Origin: an uncultured bacterium
GTDB lineage: Bacteria; Acidobacteriota; UBA6911; RPQK01; JADFOI01
Reading direction: 5' to 3'
NCBI GenBank assembly: GCA_965369785.1
Contig: CBDUTA010000002.1
Span: 1-48,415, forward strand
Length of the DNA stretch: 48,415 nucleotides
The notes beneath the pieces are model-generated. The model did no database searches, had not been told where the DNA came from, and was given only the letters and a program-made list of their open reading frames with translations. A program made the position numbers and the translations under genes. Each line of letters starts with the position of its first letter. Within the stretch, counting starts at the first letter, position 1. Positions 26,990-35,377 of the stretch are shown here, one piece after another.

Positions 26990-29077
26990 ATGACCGAGAC
27001 AAGCTCGCAGATTCAGACCTACGAATTACCGAAAATACCCTCGAACCCTGAGGCTATTCTTGCCCTATTTGTGATGGGAATCATTGGGGTCATGTTGATT
27101 CCTATGCCATCGGTAATGCTGGACTTCCTCATTGCCTTGAATATCACACTGTCCGTAACCACCCTTCTGGTATCTCTTTATATTTCTGAACCTCTTCGTT
27201 TCTCGGTTTTCCCCACCCTTCTCCTACTCCTTACTTTGTTTCGACTGTCCCTTAACGTAGCCAGTACCCGGCTGATTCTCTTGCATGGAAATGAAGGGTC
27301 TTCTGCGGCGGGACGCGTGATTGAGTCCTTCGGTCAATTTGTGGTCGGTGGCAACTTTGTTGTGGGTGGCGTCATTTTTCTGGTCCTGATTGCCATCCAA
27401 TATGTCGTGATCAACCATGGCGCAGTGCGTGTTTCCGAGGTGACAGCTCGCTTCACACTGGATGCAATGCCAGGAAAACAGATGAGTATCGATGCCGACC
27501 TCAATACGGGGGTCATTGATGATCAGGAAGCGCGCAAAGGTCGAGAGCATATCGCTAAGGAAGCCGAGTTCTACGGATCCATGGACGGAGCCGTGCGGTT
27601 TACCCAGCGCGATGCTGTCGCCGCCATCATTATTACTTTGATCAATATCCTGGCTGGATTTGCTATTGGAGTGCTTCAGCAGGGCGTGCCCATGGCAGAG
27701 GCCTTCGTAACCTATACGATTTTGACCATTGGGGACGGCCTTGTCAGCACGATACCCTCTTTGATGATCTCAGTAACAGCCGCCATTATGACGACCCGTG
27801 CAGCCTCTGAGTCGAATTTGGGTGGAGAAGTCGGCCAACAATTATTCGGTGATTCCAGGCCCATTGCCGCGGCCGCAGGCTTGCTTCTACTCATGGCGCT
27901 GGTTCCGGGCTTACCCTTTATGGCCTTTTTCTTCCTCAGTGCGGCTGCTGGTTCGATCGCCTGGTTCGCTCGTCGTCAGGAGGCGGTCGTCGCTGAGCCT
28001 GTTGAAATGGTGGAAGCTGGAGAGAATCAGGAACTCGCCCAGGAAGAGCAGATCGGCTCCTTGATGCGAGTCGATCCATTGGGTTTGGAACTGGGGTATC
28101 AGCTCATCCAGTTGGTGGACAACAAACAAGGAAGTCATTTTCTCTCCAAAGTCCGGTCGATTCGTCACCAACTTGCTCTGGATTACGGAGTCATTATTCC
28201 CCGGGTGCACATTACCGACAATCTCCAACTGAAACCAAAGGAGTATCGTATTCTGCTCAAGGGAGCTGAGGTGGCGCGCAGTGAGTTAATGCCGGGAGCT
28301 GTTATGGCCATCAATCCGGGACAGGCGACCGGTGAGATCGATGGTGTTTCCACCCAGGAGCCAACCTTCAACCTACCCGCCTTGTGGATTCAACCCGAAC
28401 AACGAGAAAGAGCTCAGTTGGAGGGCTACACCGTTGTTGATAATACCACCGTGATGGCCACCCATCTGACGGAGGTGATCAAGACGAGTATCCACCAGTT
28501 GCTGGGACGTCAAGAGCTTGCGACCTTGATTGACACGGTCAATGAGACTCACCCCAAGGTTGTAGAAGAGCTGATTCCTAAGGTTTTGAGTGTGGGACAG
28601 GTCCAGAAAGTATTGCAGAACTTGCTTCGGGAGCGAGCTTCCGTCCGTGACATAGTGACCATTTTAGAAACTCTCGCCGACTATGCGCCCTTGACTAAAA
28701 ACGTCACCCTCCTGACGGAATACGTCCGCCAGTCACTTGGGCGTTCCATCTGTCAGTCCCACTTGAACGAGCAAGGAGAGCTGAAGGTTTTCACGTTGTC
28801 CCCGGATTTGGAAAAAATCTTCACTGATGCAGTGACGGTCACCGAGCAGCACAGCTATTTGGCCCTCGATCCTGAAGTTGCCGGTCCAATCTTGGAGCGG
28901 ATGAAAAACACTATTGAACAAAGCACTTTTGAAGGTTATCCGGTCTTGCTCACCGCCACCGGGATTCGGCTTCACGTCAAGCAATTCTCAGAGCATCTGA
29001 TGCCCACTCTGGTGGTTCTTTCCCACAATGAGATCCCTCTTCATGTCAAGGTCATTTCTATAGGGGAGGTGGAATAA
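26990..29077 (+). CDS. flhA: Flagellar export apparatus protein FlhA
   Basis: The 695-aa product has conserved FlhA segments (FVVGGVIFLVLIAIQYVVINHGAVRVSEVTARFTLDAMPGKQMSIDADL). Confidence 0.97.
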   Translation: MTETSSQIQTYELPKIPSNPEAILALFVMGIIGVMLIPMPSVMLDFLIALNITLSVTTLLVSLYISEPLRFSVFPTLLLLLTLFRLSLNVASTRLILLHGNEGSSAAGRVIESFGQFVVGGNFVVGGVIFLVLIAIQYVVINHGAVRVSEVTARFTLDAMPGKQMSIDADLNTGVIDDQEARKGREHIAKEAEFYGSMDGAVRFTQRDAVAAIIITLINILAGFAIGVLQQGVPMAEAFVTYTILTIGDGLVSTIPSLMISVTAAIMTTRAASESNLGGEVGQQLFGDSRPIAAAAGLLLLMALVPGLPFMAFFFLSAAAGSIAWFARRQEAVVAEPVEMVEAGENQELAQEEQIGSLMRVDPLGLELGYQLIQLVDNKQGSHFLSKVRSIRHQLALDYGVIIPRVHITDNLQLKPKEYRILLKGAEVARSELMPGAVMAINPGQATGEIDGVSTQEPTFNLPALWIQPEQRERAQLEGYTVVDNTTVMATHLTEVIKTSIHQLLGRQELATLIDTVNETHPKVVEELIPKVLSVGQVQKVLQNLLRERASVRDIVTILETLADYAPLTKNVTLLTEYVRQSLGRSICQSHLNEQGELKVFTLSPDLEKIFTDAVTVTEQHSYLALDPEVAGPILERMKNTIEQSTFEGYPVLLTATGIRLHVKQFSEHLMPTLVVLSHNEIPLHVKVISIGEVE

Positions 29078-30372
29078 TGAAAATGAAGACTTACCAAACA
29101 GAGTCGGTTCCCAAGGCACTGAAACAGATCAGGAAGGATCTGGGGCCAAAGGCCACCATTCTGCACACCCAAAGGACTCCCAAGCACAAGTTGCTGGGCT
29201 TACTCCGCGGCTTCACCTACACGATTACTGCCGCCTCGGATTCGAACGCAAAAGAAGAGAGCGTTCAGCAAGAATCCCCTGAAACCTACGAGGCCGCCAC
29301 GACGCCCTTAGCGCTCCCGCAAACCAAACCGACCACCGATTTCAAAGAGAATGGCTCCCAGGCAACCCCTCTAACCTCCGGTTCCTGGATGAATGCTGAT
29401 TCTGACAGTGCCGCTGCCAGCCTCACTGCACACCTGCAAAAGCTCAGTGCCGACATCCAGGAAATGAAACTGATCGTGGGTTCCAGGAAACTACTGTTGC
29501 CACCGCTGCAGTATCCCCACAATGATTTGCTGTGTGAACAATTTTGGCGCCTGACTGGCAATGGACCCGGTCCTAAGTCCGACTGGAAGAAAACACAGCT
29601 ATTGTTTGAGGAATTTCAACATCTCCAAGGGCAGGGATTGGACGAAAACATCATTTCGTCACTTCTTCAGCTTGCCGCGCGGGATCTCTCGCCTGAAAAA
29701 GACACAAAATCGCAGTTGAGGCAGCGTTTGAACACAGCCCTGGCAGAGTTGATCAGAACCTCTCCGATTACGGAATCCCCAAGCTGTGCAACGCGTGCGA
29801 TATTTTTGGGGCCCACTGGGGTAGGGAAAACGACAACCATCGCGAAGTTGGCGGCCATTCTGGCTTTGGGAGAGAGGAAAAAAGTTCAGCTCATCACGCT
29901 GGATACCTACCGAATCGCTGCTGCCGAGCAGCTCAAGACCTACGGTGAAATTATTGGGGTTCCGGTGCGAGTCGTTTCCTCTGTCGCTGAGTTGGATCAG
30001 GCTCTTTCAGAGTCTGGTGAACGGGACAATATATTAATCGATACCATTGGCCATAGTCACAAAACGGTTTCTAAGTTCAGGGAGTTGTCTTCTTACTTGT
30101 GCGGTAACCGAAGTGTGGAGAAGCATCTCGTCTTGAGTACCGCAACCAAACAGGAAGACTTAAGCGAAATGATCGCGAGTTTTGAAGTCTTTGAACCCGA
30201 CAAACTGGTTTTCACAAAAGTGGACGAGTCTTCAGCTTTTGGAACGATTGCAAATGCATTGATTCGTACCGGCAAGCCGCTTTCTTATCTAACTAATGGG
30301 CAGGCGGTGCCGGAAGATCTCCTTGTTCCCACACCAACATCGGTAGGGGATTTACTGATTCCCCTGAATTGA
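29077..30372 (+). CDS. flhF: Flagellar SRP-type GTPase FlhF
   Basis: The C-terminal NG domain carries GPTGVGKTTTIAKLAA, DTYRIAA and DTIGHS. The start overlaps the flhA stop (TAATG). Confidence 0.9.
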   Translation: MKMKTYQTESVPKALKQIRKDLGPKATILHTQRTPKHKLLGLLRGFTYTITAASDSNAKEESVQQESPETYEAATTPLALPQTKPTTDFKENGSQATPLTSGSWMNADSDSAAASLTAHLQKLSADIQEMKLIVGSRKLLLPPLQYPHNDLLCEQFWRLTGNGPGPKSDWKKTQLLFEEFQHLQGQGLDENIISSLLQLAARDLSPEKDTKSQLRQRLNTALAELIRTSPITESPSCATRAIFLGPTGVGKTTTIAKLAAILALGERKKVQLITLDTYRIAAAEQLKTYGEIIGVPVRVVSSVAELDQALSESGERDNILIDTIGHSHKTVSKFRELSSYLCGNRSVEKHLVLSTATKQEDLSEMIASFEVFEPDKLVFTKVDESSAFGTIANALIRTGKPLSYLTNGQAVPEDLLVPTPTSVGDLLIPLN

Positions 30373-30382
30373 AGGCGCAAGT

Positions 30383-31222
30383 ATGTTTGATCAGGCAGCC
30401 GCAGTTAGATCGATAGCACAACAAGGAGGGGGACCGGTGTCTGGACTGGGTTACGATACAGGTTGTCAAGTCATTGCGGTAACCAGCGGCAAAGGAGGTG
30501 TTGGAAAGACGAATGTGGTGGTGAATGTCTCCATTGCGCTGCAGCGAGCTGGTCAGAAAGTGGCGATTCTGGATGCCGATTTTGGACTTGCGAACGTCGA
30601 TGTGTTTTTTGGGCTGACCCCAACCTATCACGTGGGGCACGTCCTGGAAGGCAGCCGCACTCTGGAGTCAATCGTCCAAGAGGAAGCCGAGGGTGTTCAC
30701 ATTATACCGGCCAGTTCGGGTATTCAGGAACTGACCGAGATCGACGATGAACACCGGGAAAGGATCTTCCTTCAGCTGAACGAAATTCTGAACCACTACG
30801 ACTTTCTTCTCATTGATACGGCAGCGGGGATCTCTGACAACGTCATGAGTCTTCTCACTGTCTCTCGCACAGTGGTGGTGGTCTCCATGCCGGAACCCAC
30901 TGCGATGCTGGATGCTTATGCACTTATTAAGGTCTTGCTCAGGAGAAACAAGGCCAAAGAGGTTTTGCTTCTCATGAACTCTGTTCGAAACAGACATGAG
31001 GCGCATCAGGTGTTTCAGAAGTTGGCTCATGTAGTTGAGAGATACCTGGGTCAAACGGTCAAGTTGCTCGGCTTTGTCCTGAAAGATGAAAAGGTCTCCC
31101 AAGCCGTGTGCCAACAGGTCCCTCTTCTGGTGAGCCACCCCGGTACACGAGTCAGTCGGTGTTTTACTGAGATTGCAGACTCCTTACTGAGTGCTTCGTT
31201 CTGTAAATACGATGAGGTTTGA
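30383..31222 (+). CDS. flhG: MinD/ParA-type flagellar number regulator FlhG (FleN/YlxH)
   Basis: It has the deviant Walker A SGKGGVGKTN. The position between flhF and fliA fits. Confidence 0.88.
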   Translation: MFDQAAAVRSIAQQGGGPVSGLGYDTGCQVIAVTSGKGGVGKTNVVVNVSIALQRAGQKVAILDADFGLANVDVFFGLTPTYHVGHVLEGSRTLESIVQEEAEGVHIIPASSGIQELTEIDDEHRERIFLQLNEILNHYDFLLIDTAAGISDNVMSLLTVSRTVVVVSMPEPTAMLDAYALIKVLLRRNKAKEVLLLMNSVRNRHEAHQVFQKLAHVVERYLGQTVKLLGFVLKDEKVSQAVCQQVPLLVSHPGTRVSRCFTEIADSLLSASFCKYDEV

Positions 31223-31330
31223 TGATGGGTTTTACGAGGGGGGACAAGGAGAGGGAGAGTTCGGGGACAGTTCCCGGAATCTCCCTATTCCCCTAAAACA
31301 GAAGACGTTCAATTGAAGTGATTTATTGCT

Positions 31331-32098
31331 ATGACATCTAATGCCTTAAAGACAAGAGCGTATCAGCAGGACGACGAAAGAGAGCAGCTCATCCTCCAGC
31401 ACCTTCCGCAGATCAAGTACATCGCTCAGAGGATTGCAGTGGGATTGCCGGCCCACGTGGAGGTGGAAGATCTGGTTAGTGCCGGTGTCATTGGTCTAAT
31501 GGATGCGCTGGAAAAGTTCGACAAAGGCAAGGGAGTTCAGTTCAAAACCTACGCAGAGGTCAGAATCCACGGGGCAATTCTAGATAGCCTGCGGGTACAG
31601 GATTGGGCACCGCGTTCGCTGCGAAGAAAGATCAAAGAAGTCGGAAAGGCTTATGCCAAAGTAGAGCAGCAGCTAGGACGTGCGGCAAGCGATGAGGATA
31701 TTGCCCGGGAGTTGGGGGTTGAAATCGGGGCATTTCATGTACTGCTGGATCAGCTCAAGGGTCTCAACATTGGACATTTCCAGTTTGCAGGAAAGGAGAA
31801 CAGGGGATTGGATGCCGACAATGTTGCTCTCCAATATACTTCCTCCCAGGAAGTGGATGTCCCATTTCAGCTCTGTCTGAGACAAGAATTACGGGGTATC
31901 TTGGCGGAGCTGATTGAGCAGCTGCCTGAGCGAGAACGACTGGTCATCACGCTGTACCACTACGAGGAACTGACTATGAGAGAGGTGGGCGAGGTCCTGG
32001 GTGTTAACGAGTCTCGCATCTGTCAGCTACATACACGGGCCATGCTGCGCTTGAGAGGCAAGTTGCAGAGGAGATTGAAAAGGAAAGAGCCCAAGTGA
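31331..32098 (+). CDS. fliA: Flagellar sigma factor sigma28 (FliA/WhiG family)
   Basis: Sigma70 regions 2, 3 and 4 are recognisable (DLVSAGVIGLMDALEKFD, YHYEELTMREVGEVLGVNESRICQLH). Confidence 0.92.
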   Translation: MTSNALKTRAYQQDDEREQLILQHLPQIKYIAQRIAVGLPAHVEVEDLVSAGVIGLMDALEKFDKGKGVQFKTYAEVRIHGAILDSLRVQDWAPRSLRRKIKEVGKAYAKVEQQLGRAASDEDIARELGVEIGAFHVLLDQLKGLNIGHFQFAGKENRGLDADNVALQYTSSQEVDVPFQLCLRQELRGILAELIEQLPERERLVITLYHYEELTMREVGEVLGVNESRICQLHTRAMLRLRGKLQRRLKRKEPK

Positions 32099-33105
32099 CG
32101 GAAAACATACTCTCTCAGGATGAAGTCAACGCACTTCTGCAAACGATCGATCAGCCGACTCCTCCAGTTGAAACAGCAACAGGCTCAGAAGCTGCTTCGG
32201 AGGAAGAGTCCCTTGAAGAAACCGTTGAAGAAGCTGCTTCACTATTATCCAGTAAGGACGTTTTTCCGAGACTCAGATCACAAACCCTTACGGAGGAATT
32301 GCAAGCGGCCCTGGCCCTTGTGCATGATGGGTTCGCTTATAGCATCGGATCCACGCTCTCGGTAGGCCTGAGAGCCCAGACGCACGTCAAACTGGAGAGT
32401 ATGCAGGCGCTTTCCCACGATGAATTTCTTGAGGAACTCCCGGAACCTTCTTCTGTCTGGGCTTTACGCCTGGAATCCCGCAGAGCACAGATCATGGTTT
32501 GCTTTCAGCCTTTACTGGTTCACACCATGATCGACTTCTTGATGGGTGGAGCAGGCCTCATTCCGAAAGGTCGGGAGAGCATTACCGACTTGGATCAGGC
32601 GGTGATCCGAACCGCGGTTGAGTCGTTTTGCAAGGAGCTCAACAACGCCTGGCAGCGGATGCTGGAATTTGACTTAGAAATCGATTCTCATGAAACCAGA
32701 CCCGGATTTCTCCATATTCGTTCACCCAATCAGCAGGTTATTCTGATCACACTCAGTATGATCGTCGGCCAAACTGAAGGACAGGTGTTTTTAGGGATTC
32801 CGGAATCGGTGATTGATGAACTTTCGGAGCGACTGAATCTCCAGAGTCAAACACGTAACGAACAAGGGGGCGAAGAGTCCATCAAGAAAGTCAAAGAGGT
32901 GGTGTTGGATGTGTCGAGCACTCTGGAGGCAAATCTTTCTGAAACGATGATTACTGCTAGTGAGCTACTCAGAGTTAGAGTGGGCGATGTCATCAAATTA
33001 GACCACCGAATCACTGATCCGATATCCATTACCGTCAATGGTTTGAACAAGTTTTCAGCGAATGTTGTTGCTTCCAATAAAAAAAGGGTCATCGAGATCG
33101 TATGA
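32095..33105 (+). CDS. fliM: Flagellar motor switch protein FliM
   Basis: The N-terminal LSQDEVNALL is a CheY-P-binding-type motif, and a C-terminal SpoA-like domain is present. The GTG start overlaps the fliA stop. Confidence 0.9.
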   Translation: MTENILSQDEVNALLQTIDQPTPPVETATGSEAASEEESLEETVEEAASLLSSKDVFPRLRSQTLTEELQAALALVHDGFAYSIGSTLSVGLRAQTHVKLESMQALSHDEFLEELPEPSSVWALRLESRRAQIMVCFQPLLVHTMIDFLMGGAGLIPKGRESITDLDQAVIRTAVESFCKELNNAWQRMLEFDLEIDSHETRPGFLHIRSPNQQVILITLSMIVGQTEGQVFLGIPESVIDELSERLNLQSQTRNEQGGEESIKKVKEVVLDVSSTLEANLSETMITASELLRVRVGDVIKLDHRITDPISITVNGLNKFSANVVASNKKRVIEIV

Positions 33106-33117
33106 GAGGGGACGACC

Positions 33118-33642
33118 ATGGGATCAGACAAGAAGGCTGCTGAGGGAGAAGTTGTAGAGCAGGCTCAGGAAACAGAGGATGTCCAGGCCACTGAAGGTCA
33201 AGCGGAAGAAGCTGAAGAGACCACCGATTCTCCGTCGCAGGAGACCGCAGGATCAGACAAGAAGGCTGCTGAGGGGGAAGTTGTAGAGCAGGCTCAGGAA
33301 ACGGAGGATGTCCAGGCCACTGAAGGTCAAGCGGAAGAAACTGAAGAGACCACCGATTCTCAGTCGGGGGAAGAGGATCTAACGAATATCCAGCGCATTC
33401 TGGACATCGAACTTCCATTGACAGTCACGTTCGGGGCCACACGGAGATCGTTGCGCGATGTTTTGCACCTCGCTCCAGGATCCAGATTCGAACTGAACAA
33501 CAGAGCTAATGAACCGGTGATTGTGACCGTTAATAATAAGATATTCGCGCGCGGCGAGGTGGTGGTGGTGGACGGACACTATGGGATCCGAATTCAGGAG
33601 ATCGAGACCGCTGCTGAGCGCATTGCTTCCCTTGGAGACTGA
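33118..33642 (+). CDS. fliN: Flagellar motor switch protein FliN with a duplicated acidic N-terminal extension
   Basis: The C-terminal part ILDIELPLTVTFGATRRSLRDVLHLAPGSRFELNNRANEPVIVTVNNKIFARGEVVVVDGHYGIRI is a canonical FliN SpoA domain. Confidence 0.92.
   Translation: MGSDKKAAEGEVVEQAQETEDVQATEGQAEEAEETTDSPSQETAGSDKKAAEGEVVEQAQETEDVQATEGQAEETEETTDSQSGEEDLTNIQRILDIELPLTVTFGATRRSLRDVLHLAPGSRFELNNRANEPVIVTVNNKIFARGEVVVVDGHYGIRIQEIETAAERIASLGD
33121..33367 (+). repeat. 129-nt (43-codon) in-frame tandem duplication, about 1.9 copies, inside fliN
   Basis: Unit 1 is 33121-33249 and unit 2 starts at 33250. There are only 3 mismatches over the first ~112 nt. Confidence 0.9.
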
Positions 33643-33643
33643 T

Positions 33644-34105
33644 ATGGACTATTTCACAGCAATCAAACCCGGATGGTTTGTTGTTTTCTCCCTGATGGCA
33701 TCTTGCCTGGTGCAGCTGTCTTTCTTTGCCGTTCTGATGAGGCGTTGTAATCGGAGAACCTCACGCATTCTTGGCCAGCTGGAGCAGGATAGGAAGCAAA
33801 TTCTGAGCGACCTGAAGGAGCAGTTCAATGAACTGCAGAAATCAAATAATGAATCTTCCGACCAGATGGATCAAAGAGTCGGTGAGGCTGCTTTACAGCA
33901 GCCGTTACCTTCTGAAACTTCCTCTTCTCAATGCTTCGGAATCGACAAGAAGCGCCAGGTTTTTGGTCTGGCCGAAAAGGGGTTGAGTCCAAAAGACATC
34001 TCACGCCGGTTAGAAATATACCAGGGAGAAACTGAGCTTGTGTTGAGCTTGAGAGGATACCTGTCTGGTCGAGGGGCTAATGATGAACCGGAGATTTTGC
34101 AGTAA
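33644..34105 (+). CDS. Small membrane-anchored coiled-coil protein, DUF2802-like (flagellar-cluster-associated)
   Basis: ATG 33644 lies 1 nt after the fliN stop, with GGAGA upstream. The product has an N-terminal TM helix, a charged helical middle and a C-terminal GLSPKDISRRLEIYQGETELVLSL helix-turn-helix-like tail. The family assignment is from memory of the motif only. Confidence 0.55.
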   Translation: MDYFTAIKPGWFVVFSLMASCLVQLSFFAVLMRRCNRRTSRILGQLEQDRKQILSDLKEQFNELQKSNNESSDQMDQRVGEAALQQPLPSETSSSQCFGIDKKRQVFGLAEKGLSPKDISRRLEIYQGETELVLSLRGYLSGRGANDEPEILQ

Positions 34106-34880
34106 CTCTTTGTGTACTCACAGTAAATTGGGATGGCAGTTGTTGAGCAGTGGGTATTTTGTGCAAGGAGAGTGGTACTGTTCTATTCCCTGTCTGAGAA
34201 GAGCCGTGCGCTCATTGGTGCGACACTTCTTACTTCGCCCCAAGGAGCAGTCTCCGCCTGCGCTGCGAAAGACGCGTATTGGCGCCATCTTAGTGAGCAG
34301 GCGGTTGATCACACAAAATCAGCTCAAGGCTGCATTGGAGAAGCAGCGAAGAGAAGGGAAGCTTCTCGGCGAGTGTTTGCGAGAAATGCATTACATCTCT
34401 TGTCGCGATTTGACTATTGCCCTGAGCGAACAGCAGGGGTTGCCCTGGATGGAAGAGATCACTCCCTCGGTAAGCGATAGAGTGCTCAACTTCATTCCCA
34501 AGAAGTTGTGTCAGGTGTTCAAGGTCTTTGCCGTAGGATACCGCTCCCAGAACCAGGCCTTGATGGTCGCTTTAGGGGGACCATCGGAACAGACACTCAT
34601 CCCCCTGCTTCGGAGAATGCTGGAGTGTGATGTGTATGCCTTCGTCAGTGATGACGAGAAGGTCTCGCAGCTCATTAAGCGATATGTCGAGCCCAAGCCA
34701 GACGAGGATACTCACAAGGCTTACTCTGTTGGACAGGATCCGGTGAGTGTCACTCAATCCATTATGGATGCTGGAAGCTCTCTTGGTTCGCGGCGGATTC
34801 TGATCGATTCCTTCAAGGATACGCTGTGGGTGCGTTATGGCATGAAACAGAATTTCCGAAATCTCTTTCTAGAGTTTTGA
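34080..34880 (+). CDS. Orphan MshEN / T2SS-protein-E N-terminal-domain protein with an N-terminal 4-Cys motif; putative c-di-GMP receptor
   Basis: The Cys pattern is C-x4-C-x21-C-x3-C at residues 7-38. It is followed by RIGAILVSRRLITQNQLKAALEKQ, RREGK and LLGECLREMHYISCRDLTIALSEQ. The C-terminal part matches the GspE-N pattern (LNFIPKKLCQVFKVFAVGY..ALMVALGGP). ATG 34083 is an alternative start. Confidence 0.7.
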   Translation: MMNRRFCSNSLCTHSKLGWQLLSSGYFVQGEWYCSIPCLRRAVRSLVRHFLLRPKEQSPPALRKTRIGAILVSRRLITQNQLKAALEKQRREGKLLGECLREMHYISCRDLTIALSEQQGLPWMEEITPSVSDRVLNFIPKKLCQVFKVFAVGYRSQNQALMVALGGPSEQTLIPLLRRMLECDVYAFVSDDEKVSQLIKRYVEPKPDEDTHKAYSVGQDPVSVTQSIMDAGSSLGSRRILIDSFKDTLWVRYGMKQNFRNLFLEF

Positions 34881-34990
34881 GTGATCAGATGGGGTGTCAA
34901 TCGGGTTCCAGGCCGCATTTCTCACACCAGGTGGTGGCGGAACGGCGGAAGGGCCGATGCAGGAGAGCGGGTGTAAAACATGCGGGGTTA

Positions 34991-35181
34991 GCCCGGACTA
35001 TGCATAAATTTTCTACTGTGGCGCCCAAACCATCCGCCCTGACTGCGTTGCGCTCGCTCGGCCTCCTCGACGTACCGTACAGTACGTCTGCGGTGCCCGA
35101 CCCGCAAGCGGGTGCCCCCGCGCGCCTGGTCAGGACGGCGTTTTCGGCGCCTCGCTACGAAAACCTATGCATAATCCGGGC
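34991..35181. mobile_element. MITE family B, full copy 2 (191 bp), inverted relative to copy 1, flanked by TA/TA
   Basis: The TIRs are GCCCGGACTATGCATA (34991-35006) and TATGCATAATCCGGGC (35166-35181). TA sits at 34989-34990 and at 35182-35183. The interior aligns with the reverse complement of copy 1. Confidence 0.8.
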
Positions 35182-35264
35182 TAGAGAAAGTGTTCACAGG
35201 AAGTCACCAGAGAGCGGAGGTTTTCTCCACAAAAGGGAATCAAGGGGACAAATTTTCCGCCACA

Positions 35265-35283
35265 GTAGGCAGAATTTGCCTAC
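35265..35283. promoter_or_regulatory. Perfect 19-bp palindrome GTAGGCA-GAATT-TGCCTAC upstream of the flgF sigma54 promoter; candidate activator site
   Basis: The arms are 7 bp each. The centre is about 76 nt upstream of the predicted start site. Confidence 0.4.
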
Positions 35284-35323
35284 TGAAAGAGAATTCCCTC
35301 GTCCAAAGGGCCTGCCGCGGACT

Positions 35324-35338
35324 TGGAACCGTATTTGC
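35324..35338 (+). promoter_or_regulatory. Sigma54-type promoter, TGGAAC-CGTAT-TTGC, for flgF-flgI
   Basis: The GG-to-GC spacing is correct (GG 35325-35326, GC 35337-35338), with one deviation from TGGCAC. It lies 40 nt upstream of the flgF ATG. Confidence 0.55.
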
Positions 35339-35377
35339 ATATAGATTCTTGCTAATTGTCGACTGGAGAGATACGAA

